Of a stretch of DNA of 64,000 nt, positions 47,945 through 60,660 are shown in pieces. Location of the stretch: NCBI RefSeq assembly GCF_036321535.1, contig NC_087436.1, positions 74,400,001 to 74,464,000 on the forward strand, read 5' to 3'. This stretch comes from Camelus dromedarius. Taxonomy: Eukaryota. Made by a program: the position numbers and the translations under genes. The notes under the pieces are model-generated. The model made no database searches. It was given only the letters and a program-made list of their open reading frames with translations, and was not told the DNA's origin. Numbering within the stretch: position 1 is the stretch's first letter; each line of letters begins with the position of its first letter.

Positions 47945-49699
47945 CTAGAAAGGGCAGGGCAGTCGGGAGCGGTCATTCCAAGCATCGAGCTGACCCTGCA
48001 GTTTTCACCAAGGCCACCCTTTCTCCAGGACACCATCAACTCTACGGAGACTTCCCGCGTTCTTTGCGGGGGGTGGGGGGTGAAGCTTGTCAGCAATTCT
48101 TACTCCTTGCTTTGCTAAGGGTTGCTCCGCTTCTTGGGTCGGCACACCTACAAGGAAACCCTGAATTCCTCTTCTTGTCCGCCTGCGCGACAAGCCAGGA
48201 AGCCCTCCCAGGGATCTGAGAGGGCTCTGTCAGAGCTGCCTGCCCAGGGTGCGGGGGTTGGAAGCCTCCTAGCGTTCCTTTTCTTCTAAGACAAGGGAAT
48301 TCAGGCTCTCCCTGAGTGTCCGTCTACGGAAGGCACCCTGGGATTTGCTTTCAAGTTTTAAAAAAACTAATTATTAAGACCCTGGCTTTTTTGTACCCTG
48401 AGAGGATATGAAAGATTTCTCCTCTGTAAGAGAGACAAAAACATTTGTACTAAATAAAAGTCCAGATTTCCTATTGTGGCCCCCACGAGTCCACGGAGGG
48501 TCTCCCCTGTCTCGCAGGTCCAGACTTATTATGTCCACCCCATCTCTCTCTCTCTTATTTTTTCCTTGCTGCTTCTCCAACCGTGTATCTTCAGCCTCCT
48601 TACCCGATGGTTTCTTGGTCTTTTTGCCATTCTTGGACACCGTTCTAACTTTGGCACTATTTCCATCAGTTTCAGACAGGAGCCACCTGTGAAGAAAACC
48701 AGGGGCAACACTGAAGGGCACAAGGTTTTCTGAATCCTTCTAACCTCCACCAGAGTCTTACGGAGGTCAGGAGCATCCCAGGCCACTGCCATTTGCTGAG
48801 GCTCCCAGAATGCTTTTTTTAAAAATTGATAAAGTCACAAATTGTAGGATAATTTAAATGTTTACAGTAAACAAATGAATGTATAACACCCACTCACAAA
48901 ACACTATAATTGGACTGTTTCCAAAAGACATCATCTGACATCTAAAAATAAGATTCACTGTGAATTCATGGCGGAAGTCAAAACCTTAGATATCCATTTC
49001 CCTTCAAAGAAACTTCTGGCCCAGTTATCATCACTTTCTCATCTAGCTTTCAACCAGCCACTAATGAATCTGAGCAGGAAAGCAAAAAGTATTTGACACC
49101 CCCACCTGTCAGCCCAGCCCCCAGGCCAGGGCAGTCTGAGACCCCATCTTCTTTTCACTCCTCCCCAAAAGCTGCTTAGAGTAGGAAACTGTTGATTCCC
49201 ATTCCCTCCTGTAGGTTTTCATCACCAATGACTAGATACTAACTGTTAATGTCATTCTTTTTAAACTATGGCTGGTTTTTTCAGTATTACACACAAGGGT
49301 GTTTTAAAATTAACTAAATTGCTTTTAGCTTTCTGTTTTTGAATTAATAATAGCATTTTAGAATTTGCACCATTTGAAAGAACAGCAGCATGGTGGTAAC
49401 TGCTGGGTGATAGGTACTCCAGGAAACAGTGTGCTGGTCTCTACTTTGGTGTATATTTGAATTTTCTGTAATAAAAATGAAATAAAAACAAGGAAATATC
49501 CTTGAATCTATACTTACTCTAAATACTAGCATTTCTTCCTATTCCTGCTTTTTTAAAATGATGTCTTGCTTTGTGGTTGTGTTTGTTTTTTTAGTTTCAT
49601 TTGAGATACGAGACCTAGTTTATTAAGAAGTTATGATTTTTACATTAGAAGTATTGTTTTAAAGCATTTGACTTTATTAAAAAACATTAAAAATTATTA

Positions 49700-49960
49700 A
49701 GGTATAAACTTCTGTTATAAAACAAGTCATGGGTATGCAATGTACAACATGGTGACTATAGTTAATAATACTGTATTGCATATTTGAAAGTTGCTAACAG
49801 AGTATATCTTAAAAGTCCTCATCACAAGAAAAGTTTTGGATCTGTGCAGTGATGGATGTTAACTAGACTTATCAAGATGATCATTTCACAATGAATACAA
49901 ATATTGAATCATTATGTTATACACTTCAAACTAATGTGTTATGTGTCAGTTGCATCGAAA
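49700..49960 (+). mobile_element. L1MA-type 3' end fragment
   Basis: ATGTACAACATGGTGACTATAGTTAATAATACTGTATTGCATATTTGAAAGTTGCTAACAGAG..TCATCACAAG is an L1MA9-like 3'UTR. Confidence 0.85.
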
Positions 49961-50039
49961 AGGAAAAAAATTGAAACTCACTGAATGCCCCACTGAGGTC
50001 ACAGCAAGTGAGACGTGAGAAGTATGATAAGAATAAAGA

Positions 50040-50430
50040 CGTGAGGGAAAAAACCAGCAGGCTGCTTGGTAAGTGTGGTGTAGAGCTTACGGTGAATACT
50101 GAGAAAAGCTCAGAAGCATCAACCATTTGGTAGAAGAGGCAATAGGAAGGGCTGCTCAGAGAAGTTAGCTTTTAAACTGAGCCTTGCAGGATAAAAGGAA
50201 TTTCAGCAGACTGCGGCCTAAGTGGGAAGAAATGGAAGTGAAGTTATCCCAGGAAGGAACTATGTGAGTGCAGGTTCGAAGGTGAGGAACCAGCATATCC
50301 CAGTATGTTGAGTTCTGCGTGTATCTGCTGTGTGTACATTTGCGTGCAGGTACTGGGAGGCAGTGGAGACGGCCAAGCCAAGATGAAGGAAGAAAGGAAG
50401 GCAATGATGAAATTATGAAGAACCTGGTAA
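50040..50430 (-). mobile_element. L2 remnant
   Basis: GAGAAGTTAGCTTTTAAACTGAGCCTTGCAGGATAAAAGGAATT.. is an L2 antisense motif. Confidence 0.5.
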
Positions 50431-50434
50431 ACCA

Positions 50435-50555
50435 TGCACAGAGGCTGAAGCCTTCATAAGTCTGGGGTGGGGCCCAGGACTTTGGATTTTTAACAAGTAC
50501 CTTCAGTGATTTTGCTGCAGATGGTACAGAGATCTCGCTGTGAGAAATATTGCTT
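50435..50555. mobile_element. MER5-family remnant
   Basis: AGTCTGGGGTGGGGCCCAGGACTTTGGATTTTTAACAAGTACCTTCAGTGATTTTG..TGTGAGAAATATTG. Confidence 0.6.
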
Positions 50556-50574
50556 TGGAGGCAAACTTGTTTTA

Positions 50575-50765
50575 CTCTGCCTTGAACTAGCTGTGTGATT
50601 TGTGGCAGGTTACAAAATATGTCTAAATGTCAATTTTCTCACCTATAAAATGGGAATAATAAAGATGCTTGCTTCCTAAAGTTGTCATGAGTATTAAATG
50701 AGATACTTAGCCCAGTGCCTGGAACATTAAATTAGAAGGGCTCAAAATATATTAGTTGCTATTTT
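50575..50765 (+). mobile_element. MIR SINE
   Basis: CTAGCTGTGTGATTTGTGGCAGG..TTTTCTCACCTATAAAATGGGAATAAT..CCCAGTGCCTGG. Confidence 0.8.
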
Positions 50766-50941
50766 TATTTTGTTTAAAAAGTTAACCCTGGCAGCTCTGT
50801 GGTAGGCAAATGGAATTTGGAGAAAGTGACAGAAGAATCATGTATTTATAAAATATCAGGCATGGTATTAGGTGTGAAGCACCAAAGACACATAAAGCTT
50901 GAGCCTGATCCTCACACACAAAGTGAGCTGAGAAGACTTAT

Positions 50942-51150
50942 TAGGGCCACTAGATATGGTTGCGTGGGTTGTGCACTGCACCATGATGCTAAATCTAAAA
51001 GGGTACCATTCACATTTTAGACATCACAAATTTGCATATTTATTACAATAATTTTTAAGCAGATGACAGCCAAGTGACTTGTTCTAATAAAATAAGTATA
51101 CTATAACAATTTTCCAATAGATGGAAATACAGTGTCCTGAGGAAGGGAAT
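50942..51150. mobile_element. MER91-like (hAT-Tip100) DNA transposon remnant
   Basis: GGTTGTGCACTGCAC..CCATTCACATT..TTTGCATATTTATTACAATAATTT..AGTGTCCTGAGGAAGGG resembles recalled MER91 consensus. Confidence 0.5.
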
Positions 51151-51159
51151 GGTAGATTG

Positions 51160-51660
51160 TTATACTAAGGACTCGAGTGAATCACGTTTCTTGGTATCCA
51201 CACCCTTGTGTGGTTCTCTGCCATATTGACTCTGAGCTTGGCATTAGCCACTGGGACATCAGCAAATGTGACATGAGTAGAGCTTACAGAATTCCCAGTT
51301 ATCAGAGCCAGCATCTCTGATTTTCTAGGACTTTCCCTCATCATCAAAATATGGCTGCTGCTGATTCAAAACAGCTCTAGGCGTCACGTCCTCATTCAGA
51401 GTAGGAAGGAGAGGTGTAGGCAATGCCAACCAGAGCTTCTTTTATTAGAAAAGCAAAAAAAAAAAAAATGTCCAACAATATTCAAGCAGACTTTCATTTA
51501 CGTCTCACCGACCAGATCGGTGTCACATGGCCATCCTTAGCTGCAAGGGCATCTGAAGAGTGGGATATTTAGCTTTTCCAGGCTCTGCAGTAAAATATGG
51601 CAAGCAAACAGGAGTCTGGGAAAGGCTGTTGGGTTGGCTAAACAGCAATGTCTGCTATAG
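51160..51660. mobile_element. MLT1 (MaLR) LTR fragments
   Basis: GGTATCCACACCCTTGTGTGG..CAGCAAATGTGACATG; CAAAATATGGCTGC..GTGTCACATGGCCATCCTTAGCTGCAAGGG. Confidence 0.7.
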
Positions 51661-51886
51661 AACTTTTAATCATGGCTCCCACATGCTATCTTTCGCCTAT
51701 TAACACCACAAAGGCTTGGAGCCTGGAAGCAGGAAGACACTAACCAGCTTTCAAGCAGATGTGAAAACTTTTTAAAGCTGGTTAATGATCTTTGAGGCCA
51801 GGCTCAATTCATTTCTATCGAACGTTTATAATAGTGCCTCTACAAAGAGATCAGAAAGCTTCTTGTAAATCAAAGTTGTTACCTGC

Positions 51887-52359
51887 TGTTACCGAACGCA
51901 AGGTCATGTGCCCGAGGCACCGTGAGGCCAAACAAACCAAAACCTCAGAGTGTGGAGCAGAGAAAGAAAGGTTTATTACTGGGCCGAGCAAGGAGAACAC
52001 GTGGCTCGTGCCCAAAAAAAAAATCCCTGAACTCCCTGAAGGGTTTCAGCTGAGCATCTTTAAAGGCCAGCTGATGGGGTGGGGGGGTGGGGGGAGCGGC
52101 CCAGGGTATGTGATCAGCTGTGCAAGATTCTGATTGGTTGATGGTGTTCAGTCCCTGGGCACCAGAAGGTCTGGGGGCTGCGTGCTGGTGATCATCAAGT
52201 GGTTAATTTCTTCCATTTGGTGGTGGTTTTTAACATCTGAAAAAACTCAGGAACTATGCATGAGATACTGTTATCTTGGTACTTAAGAGAGGAGCTACTG
52301 AAGAGGATATGGGGAGAAGTCTGTCCCAGGAAGGTCCTATAGGGTCTTGCTAGGTTATA
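51887..52359 (-). mobile_element. ERV1-type solo LTR, copy 1
   Basis: Starts TGTTACCGAA and ends CTAGGTTATA; near-TSD CTGC (51883-51886) / CTGT (52360-52363). AAGGTTTATT is a poly(A) signal on the minus strand; CTGATTGG is a CCAAT box on the minus strand. Confidence 0.8.
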
Positions 52360-52409
52360 CTGTTAGGAAAGAAAAAAAAGCGTGAATTATACATCACCAA
52401 CTCCTAAGC

Positions 52410-52817
52410 CAGTGACTGTCAAAGTTTATGGACTGAGACTCATTAGTAAGAGTTTTATATTATATCATAATCCAGAATACACATACACACATACATATTT
52501 CATAAAACAATATCTGTCTTTGCGGTATATTTTCTTTTGTTTTTCTTTTTTTGTTTTGGGGGAGGAGGTAATTAGGTTTATTTTTATTTATTTTTTAATG
52601 TAGGTACTGGGGATTGAACCCAGGACCACATGCATGCTAAGCATGTACTCTACCACTGAGCTATACCCTCTCCCCTTATATAGTATATTTTCTATTAAAT
52701 TTAATACATCTAATACATTTTCTATTATACTTAACTTTTTTTTTAAGTTGGTTATGACCCACTAAGTCAATTTCACCATGCACTAATGGGTCATGACCTG
52801 TAGTTTGAGAAGTACTA
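52410..52817. mobile_element. hAT-Charlie-type MITE interrupted by a SINE
   Basis: Degenerate TIRs CAGTGACTGTCAAA / TTTGAGAAGTACTA; 3' motif ATGACCCACTAA..ACTAATGGGTCATGACCTGTAGTTTGAG. Confidence 0.5.
52536..52675 (-). mobile_element. Camelid tRNA-derived SINE (Vic-1-like)
   Basis: GGTAATTAGGTTTA..GTACTGGGGATTGAACCCAGGACC..GCATGCTAAGCATG..TACCACTGAGCTATACCC. TSD GTATATTTTCT at 52525-52535 and 52683-52693. Confidence 0.9.
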
Positions 52818-54189
52818 TCATAAGCTGAGGCCAGGAACAACATTTTTCTAGGCAAAGGGAGTAGCAGATGCCAAGGCCCAGAGTTTGGAGCTCTCAGAAC
52901 CTAAGAAGGCCGGCACGGCTGGAGCCTACTGGGTGGGAAATGAAGTGGGAAACATCGGCAGGGACCTGTCGTGAAGTCTGCAGCCGGCAGCAGGAAGTTT
53001 GAGACTTACTCATATTCTAATGGAAGCTCCCAATGATTTTAAGCAGGGAAGTGACATGATATAATCTATCTTCTAACATAGTTTCTCCTGACCTCATGCA
53101 CAGACCAAAGATGGTTCTGGAATGACCTAATTTTCTCTAAATTTAAAACAAGCCTGGAATGACTTTAAGATCCTCCACAGGGGATTCTCTCACTCTCCCC
53201 ACATTCATTCCATCAAACTCATTTCCTGGTTCCTTTCCTTCCACATGGGCTCCTACCCCATGCTGAGCTCTGCAGGAGCTCAGTCTTGCAGAAATACTTA
53301 AGTTTAAAAATTCTTCTTCTAGCAAGATCAGTCCCTCTGTTGTCTGTCAGTCACTAAATAGTCATGTATTTGTCGACCTCATTGCCCTGCTGGCTGGAGT
53401 CTCGTTCTACCAGGGATTTTTTTTTTTTTTTTTTAATTTTCGGTTTTGCAATGTTGACCCTTGGAAGGACATCTCTCTGTTTTGGCAAAGGGCTCCTTGC
53501 AGCTTGGAGTACGTCTCCTCCCCCAGTGGGGTCTCCATGTCCTCCAGGACATCTGCAACGCCTTCTGTTGGAAGCGGCCACAAGTGGGCCAAGTCCTTGT
53601 GTCACACAGACTGAGAAGGCAGCTGGGAGGGGTGATCTAAAAGGAGACAAGCAGATTTCCCAGGGCCCAGGCCTCCTTCTTGGCCAGTTCCCAGGAGATG
53701 CGTTCCAGCTGCTTTTCTTTTCTTAATCTTCCTTCTCTCCCCATCCGCCTTTCCGGCTGGGCCCCCCAGTCCCTCCCTCCTCTGGCCAACCCCCAAGTCA
53801 TACAAGATTTTGGGTGGAAAGCATTATTGTCAAAAGGGAGGAGTTAGGGACCAGGCAGCTGAAACGCCAACAACGAGCCTCTCCTCTTCTGGAGAACTGT
53901 TCCACGGCCCCAGCATCTCTTGTCTGGGTAAAGATGATGCGGTGCAGCAAACAGTCACATGTATTTTCCTTCAGCCAGTTAACCCCCTCCCTTCCCTCCA
54001 TCCCTCTCCTCCCCACCCCACACTCATGACTGGCCCCCAGTGGAGAACATCCAACCAGATTTCTTTCATTTGCTTGTGGTTTCCAAAATACGCATTTTCA
54101 AGGCCTGGAAGTAAAGATGCTTTTAGGAAAGAGAGAGTGGGAAGCAGAGGAGGAAGAAGAAGAGGTTGCTTTGAAAAGTGAAGAGCTAA

Positions 54190-54430
54190 GTGGATCAGTA
54201 AATTATCATGGTTAAGGCCAGAGGTCCAGATTCACAGCTAACCTGGTTGATAATCCTATCTCACCTATGTATTCACCGTGCAAAGGAGGGTTGGCTATTT
54301 TAACCTCTCCGAGCCTCTTTCTCCTCCCCTGTAAAATGGGTGTATTTGTACCTGCTTTCAAGACTCCAAACTAAATGGGGATTCTTAATACAATTATTAT
54401 CTACCTTGGTAAGAGCTTGATAAATGGTAG
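54190..54430 (+). mobile_element. MIR SINE remnant
   Basis: TTTAACCTCTCCGAGCCTCTTTCTCCTCCCCTGTAAAATGGG. Confidence 0.65.
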
Positions 54431-55559
54431 CTTTTGTATAATTTAATATTATTCAGGTAAAAAGAGCATTGGAATCGGAGCTGGTAGGTATTTTTGATGG
54501 AAAGAAAACCAGGAGAGTAGCAATTCAGGAGCTTCAGAAACATAAGCTGTAAGCTTAATATTGTATATATTTTTAATCAGATCTGGAAGTTTCCCACAGA
54601 CTCTCGTATCTCTTAGCAGTCAGTCTTTTCAAGTGTTGTGACGTATGAAAGATGGGTTTATGTTTATACCCACTTCACAGATGAAGACATTGAGGCCCAG
54701 GAGGCCATGATAAGAATAACGAGTGTAAAAGTACCCGCTGTATCACAATAGGCTCTTTCTTGTTTTTTCTGTTGTCACACAAACTGACAAGCAGTAGGAC
54801 AGTGCCCCAGACCCAAGTGCCCCAAGTCCATCTTTGGTGTTCTCTGCACTGGATCTCAAAAGAGGAAGGAAAACTAGGCTAAGATGTGAAGAGAAACTGC
54901 GCCAAATTTAAGCAGAGGGAGGAGGGTCTCAGGTATAAACTTGATGATTTACATGGTGGTAGCCTCGAGCTCTGGGGGCCATGAGAAAGCGAGGACAGGC
55001 AGGAAAGGTCAAGGCCAGTCAGGGTTCCCAGCAGTAATGTTTGAATTTTGCAACCGCAGTGATAATAGATGCCAAATGGGAGGTAAACATAATCTAAAGA
55101 CAAAGCAAATTAAATCATAGAAATCTCTCCCCAGTGAAAACTCTTTTGAAGGCAAGTCAAGCAAAGAAACCATTCCCTATGATGTAAAATTAAGGGGCTG
55201 CATTTTACAGCACTGAGAAACTAAAGGGTCTTATTCTTCCCTTTCAAGCCCTGGAAATGATGGCTTGGATTTCAATCAGGAAGACCACAGAACTGGTTCT
55301 GGATTCCAATCAGTGATTTTGCTAATGAAAACCAAGAAAAGCAAACTCATTGTGGGTTACTTGCTGAAACTAAACATAAATCAGAAATCAGACTTGCACC
55401 GGAAGATGCCAAAATTATGCAAGCTGCACGCCTGGTCCTCTATTCTCTTTGGAAGGTTTCTAAACACTACTTTTTTCTTTTCTTTTCTTTTCTTTTTCAA
55501 ACCTTAATCTGCTCTCCCTAATGGATCCTTCTGAGTCTTCTTTGTATATAATTAAAACT

Positions 55560-55900
55560 AGTATTTCCTTTAGGGTAACTGGCTACTTGGCTATATTGCA
55601 AGTCCCTGAAACTCAGCATGTCCAAAAATAGAAAACAGACCTTATTTCCTCCCCCAACAAACACAACCATCCCTCCGTATTTCACCTCGCAGCAGTATCA
55701 CCCCCGTTCACCCTGTTGCTCAAACCAGAAACCTGGGGGTCCCTCCTTGGGTGTTCTTTCTCCTCATGCCGCTCTTCCCATTGGCCACCAAGCTCTATCA
55801 GCCATTCTCAAATCTCAACACTTCCCTCCATCTCTTCTCACCCCTGTCTGGTCCAGGCTTCCATCTTCACTCACCTGGATTGCTAAGCCACAGCCATAAG
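55560..55900 (+). mobile_element. L2 LINE fragment
   Basis: AAACTCAGCATGTCCAAAA..CCTGTTGCTCAAACCAGAAACCTGGG..GGTCCAGGCTTCCATCTTCACTCACCTGGATTGC. Confidence 0.75.
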
Positions 55901-56209
55901 GGTTTCAAGCTTCAGCTGCTGTGCCCTGGGCTCCCTGCGCTTTGCCCCAGTCCTGACCCCAGGAGCCTACACAGTGCCTGCAGGATTCCGACAGCACCAA
56001 GAGCAACGAGCTACTCTACCAGGCTGCTCCTGACCCCCACAATGGTCCCCACAGATCAAGGCTGAGGGCCAAGAGAAGGGAATGCTTCCTACCGGCCAAG
56101 GAAAAGGAAATGAGGAGACAGGCAAAGTGACCTCTTGTATCAGTGACCGGATAGATGAGCAAGTGAAGTTTCCCAGGTCAGGTGCCCCTACTCTGCAGCC
56201 TCTTAGCCA

Positions 56210-56464
56210 TGATAGCCATTTTTAAGTGCACAGTTCAGTGACTTTAATACATTCACATACTTGTGCAACCATCACCACCATCCATCTTCAGAACTTTTCA
56301 CTCTTCCCCAGTGGAAACTACATGCCCATTAAACACTAGCTCCCCATTCTCCATCCCCCCAGACCCTAGCAACCACTATTCTACAATCTGTCTCAATGGA
56401 TTTGACGACTCTACATCCTTCATATAAGTGGAATCATGTAAAATTTGTCCTTTTCTTTTTTGGC
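56210..56464 (-). mobile_element. L1MB-type 3' end, running into a gap
   Basis: CCATTTTTAAGTGCACAGTTCAGTG..TTGTGCAACCATCACCACCATCCATCTTCAGAACTTTT..CATATAAGTGGAATCAT. Confidence 0.85.
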
Positions 56465-56736
56465 NNNNNNNNNNNNNNNNNNNNNNNNNNNNNNNNNNNN
56501 NNNNNNNNNNNNNNNNNNNNNNNNNNNNNNNNNNNNNNNNNNNNNNNNNNNNNNNNNNNNNNNNNNNNNNNNNNNNNNNNNNNNNNNNNNNNNNNNNNNN
56601 NNNNNNNNNNNNNNNNNNNNNNNNNNNNNNNNNNNNNNNNNNNNNNNNNNNNNNNNNNNNNNNNNNNNNNNNNNNNNNNNNNNNNNNNNNNNNNNNNNNN
56701 NNNNNNNNNNNNNNNNNNNNNNNNNNNNNNNNNNNN
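56465..56736. other. Assembly gap (272 N)
   Basis: N run. Confidence 1.
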
Positions 56737-56999
56737 ATATGGTACAATTGTCTTTTAACTTCTTATCTCCCCAAGACGGTAAACTCTTAAAAGACAAAGG
56801 CTGAATCTTGATACAAATATTTGTTGAATAACTGATCATTAACCCGAGTAAAAAGGATTTTGTAAGAGACTGAGAGTTACAAAGATAAAGGATGGGGAGG
56901 GCAGGAGGGAAGCCTCAGATCCTGGTGAAATTTACGGAGCTTTGATCAAGCTCTTAAAACAGATGAGGGGGCAGGTGGGGGGCTCCCAGGGAGGCTTTA

Positions 57000-57520
57000 C
57001 TGCTCATGGTTAAGCGCACAGGCTTTGGAGCCAGACTGCTTGGACCCACGGCCTAGCTCTGCCACTTCCTGGCTTTAAGAGCGTCAGCACATCGCTCAAC
57101 CTTTCTGTGTAAAGTGGGGACAGTAGCGATTAGTTCATTGGGTTTGGGGGAGGTTTAAATGAGTTCACACACACAGAACACTTAGAACAGTGCCTGGCAC
57201 ATAGGCTATACTCCATATATTCTAGCATTCTTTTAAAAATCAGAATTGGATAAAGGTTAGAGTATGGGTTATGTTTGGAATAGCTCAAGAAAATGCCAAT
57301 TTTACAGGGGGTGAGGGCATCCGCTTTCACACAGCCCACTTGGTTGGGAAAGTAAGTTAACATTTTTTAAAGCACCTACTTTGTGTTGGGCCTGATTATT
57401 ATTATTATATATTATTATTATGGATGATTAACATTTCAGAGTTGTGGGGAATGAGGTGCAGGGATATTCAATAACTTGCCCAAGATTACAGGTTTATCAG
57501 GTGTCTGAGCCCAGTTTCAA
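57000..57520. mobile_element. Two MIRs (+ at ~57000-57215, - at ~57355-57520)
   Basis: GGCTTTGGAGCCAGACTGCTTGG..CTTAGAACAGTGCCTGGCACATAG; CAATAACTTGCCCAAGATTACA. Confidence 0.8.
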
Positions 57521-57799
57521 ATCTAATCTCAAAGAAAAGTGGTCAAGGGGTGAAGTAGAGGGACAGAACATTCCAGCGGCATTCAGAAGAGATCCTAGGT
57601 AAGTGTGGGCTCTTGCAAGAGGAGGGGGCAAAGCCTTGTGACCCGCTCTTATTAGCGGGAAGGGGAGTTGCTACTCCCAGGACAGCTCTTTACATGGGCC
57701 TGTTATCTGATAGAGCTTTCCTGGGGGACAATGATTACTCCCCCACCCCAGTCCACACCTACCCTAACACGCAGGGACCAGTACTGGGGCCACACACCC

Positions 57800-58290
57800 T
57801 TGTGGTAGCTACTTGCTACCCCTATAGTCTTTCTTCCCTCCTTCTTTGTAATTGAACTGTGGTTTTGATCTGGGCACATGGTCACCTAGAATAGAGATTA
57901 TATGTCCCAGCCTCCTTTGGGGCCTGGTGTCGCCATGATTATGTTCTGATCAAGGCAGTATTAGTGAGAGTTGTTTGCTAACTTCCAGAAACTTTTTTAA
58001 AAGGAAGTAGTATGGGCTTTCTGCCTCCTTCTTTGTCCCCTCCAGACATTTGGCTGGGGTTCTAGCTGCTACCTTGGGAACTGGAGGACCATGCCCTATG
58101 AATAGTGGAGCAGAAAAAGGAGCCTACACAATGGAGTCGTTCTTACCTTGGACCATCTTCATCTGAAACTCTTAAGTGGGAGGGCAACGACCTTACCTTC
58201 CTTAAGCCCCTATTAGTTTCGATCTTCCTTCACATACTCTGTTCACTGAGTCACAGAACCCTGCTTCTGGGATGTGCACACTGGCTTCCT
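57800..58290 (+). mobile_element. MLT1G/H-type MaLR LTR
   Basis: TGTGG..TCTTTCTTCCCTCCTTC..GATTATATGTCCCAGCCTCCTTTG..GCCATGATTATGTTCTG..GGAGCAGAAAAAGGAGCCT. Confidence 0.7.
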
Positions 58291-59349
58291 ATGCTCAGAC
58301 CCAGGTCTGAGAGACCAATGCCCTGAAATTGGAGTCCCACCTCTTGCTGTTAGGGGTTGGGTGGGGAGAGAAGAATTTAGACTCAGTGTCCAAAAATGCT
58401 TTTGGCCTTATGTATCTGTCATCATCTTCTTGTAGACATAAGTTGGTAGCCATGGGGTTAGCAACTTTATTAGCCTGTCTACCTAGGAGAAAAAGAAAAG
58501 AATTGTTTCCCAGGTGCCATGCCTATTAGAAAAGAGTCCAACTATTTAAACCCAATCATTCTAGCTCTGTTGATTGAATACTGACAAGTAAAATATTATT
58601 CATAAAACTAAGAAAAAGTTAATAAGTGAGTAACAATTCTGTTAGCTTTAATCGAGACCTGATTTTTCCCCTTGGAAAATAAACACAATGTTTTTGAGGT
58701 AACTATTGTTATAGCCTATCCTGTAACTATGTGTTTGTTAATGTATTCATTATTCATTCCAAATATAGTTATTCATCTTTCATTCAACCACCCTTGTTAA
58801 TGTTTCAAAGGAAAAAGTTAAAAAAACAAAACACTTCCATAGAACTCCCTGCCCATCATGCTAGATACTTGAGGAATAAAAATGCAGAAACCTCAGCCCC
58901 TGACAGTCCAGAAAAAGTACAGGTTTGTTGAGAAAAGAAAAATAATACATAGGAAGGAAGCAGAGCTTCTGACCCAGACGGGGCTGAGACATTCCTGCTA
59001 AGAGCTGTTCAAATACAGGCATAGATTACATATATAAATATGAAGGCTCCATTAGAATAAACGAAGTGGCTGCCCATGGGGAGAGAGAAAGGAGGGCCAG
59101 TGGGCTGGGCTGGAGAAACAGAACTCCTCAACCTCACCTCCAAAGTGCCCATCTTACTTGCTGAAACTTCTCAGCCAATTTAACGTCTCTCATTCTTCCA
59201 ACATCTCCCCTCAGGAAAGCCGGCCCCCACCTCCTCCACCCAGAGGGTAAGCCACTTGCAGCTTTGATCCTCAAGCATAACGTTAGGTGTACAGGAGGGA
59301 GGATTGATTAAATAATTTCTAAAATCTCTGAAGGTTTAATGATCTAAGA

Positions 59350-59810
59350 TTCACAAGAATAACTATTGTTTATTTGAGTAGTTCCTAACATGTCATATTT
59401 TACAGTCATTATCTCTTTTGATTCTTACAACTACAAGAGATACATGCTTTTATTACATCCATTGTACAGATAAAGAAACAGAGCCATGGAGAGTTCAATA
59501 TCATGGCCAAGTTCACAGAAAAGTGGCAGAACCCAGGACTGTCGGGCTATGTATACTGTACCCTAAATGCCTACGAGTTAAGTCCAGGAGCACCCTCTAA
59601 CTTCTCCTACCTCTCCATCTTATAGCACTGGTAGCCCCTACACCACACTCATCCACCCTTCTTGTTGTAGAACCACTTATATAACTGTCTTTCCAAAATA
59701 TGAATTCCTTGGGAGAGAGAATATGTCCTGAGCATCCTTGTAATGCTCTCTGCTCAGAACATAGGACCTAGCACACAGGCGCTCAAATGTTTAGTTAATG
59801 AATGTTATCA
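59350..59810. mobile_element. MIR (-, ~59350-59590) followed by L2 3' end (+, ~59600-59810)
   Basis: CATTGTACAGATAAAGAAACAGAGCC..CCAAGTTCACAG; GACCTAGCACACAGGCGCTCAAATGTTTAGTTAATGAATG. Confidence 0.7.
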
Positions 59811-60124
59811 ATCACCAGAAACTTAACAATCATAAGCACACTGCAGACTCACCCAGCGTGCAAGACGATTTTGCACCTTTCTCCTGCTCTGCCATGTTAT
59901 TGTTGAAGAATATGTCTCTGAATATAACGTTAGCTCTTTTTCCTATTTACTGAGCACTTCCTGAAAGCCAAGCACTGTGCTAGGTCCTTGGAAGGATACA
60001 AAGATAATTCAGACATAGCTGCTATCCTTCCGGGGCCTAAGTTTACAAGACAAGACAGACACATAAACAAATGAGTTGGCTACAAAGCTAACTGTGATAG
60101 GAGATAAAGCAGAGACATAAACAT

Positions 60125-60292
60125 AACATTTCACTGAATTGGACGCCATTGATTGGAAGATGCATCCTTATTTTAAGTATTACTAAGAAAGAAAAGCTGC
60201 TAATTAACCCATGCACACCATTGATTTGAAGATGCAGCCTTATTTCAGAGATGTTAAAATGTTTTTCAAATGTCCCTCTTAAATGAAGTATT
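60125..60292. mobile_element. TcMar-Tigger-type MITE (Tigger14a/15a-like)
   Basis: Internal repeat GACGCCATTGATTGGAAGATGCA / CACCATTGATTTGAAGATGCA, and ATTTCAGAGATGTTAAAATG. Confidence 0.55.
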
Positions 60293-60299
60293 GCTGATA

Positions 60300-60660
60300 C
60301 AAGTAACAGCATGGATCAACCTTGAAAACACTATCCCAATTAAAAGAAGCTAGTCACAAAAGACCACTTACTATATGATTCTACTTATAGGAAATGTCCA
60401 GAAAATGCAACTTTATAGAGACAGAAAGTAGATTAGTGGTTGCTTAGGGATGGAGATTTGGGAAGGTGGGTGGTGGTGTGGACTGATGAGTGATGGCTAA
60501 AGAGTATTGAGTGGTGGTGGTAGTGGTAAGGTGATGAAAATATTCTAGAATTGATTGTGGGGATGGTCGCATAATTCTGTGACTATGCTAAAAGCCATTG
60601 AATTGTATACTTTAAATGGATGAATTGATGGTATGTGAATTATATCTCAATATAACCATC
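60300..60660 (+). mobile_element. L1MB-type 3' end
   Basis: GAAGCTAGTCACAAAAGACCAC..GGAAATGTCCAGAA..GAGACAGAAAGTAGATTAGTGGTTGC..GGTATGTGAATTATATCTCAAT. Confidence 0.85.

Noticed and set aside
35840-56839. ORFs containing long X runs
   Set aside because: Artefacts of translating through the three N gaps.
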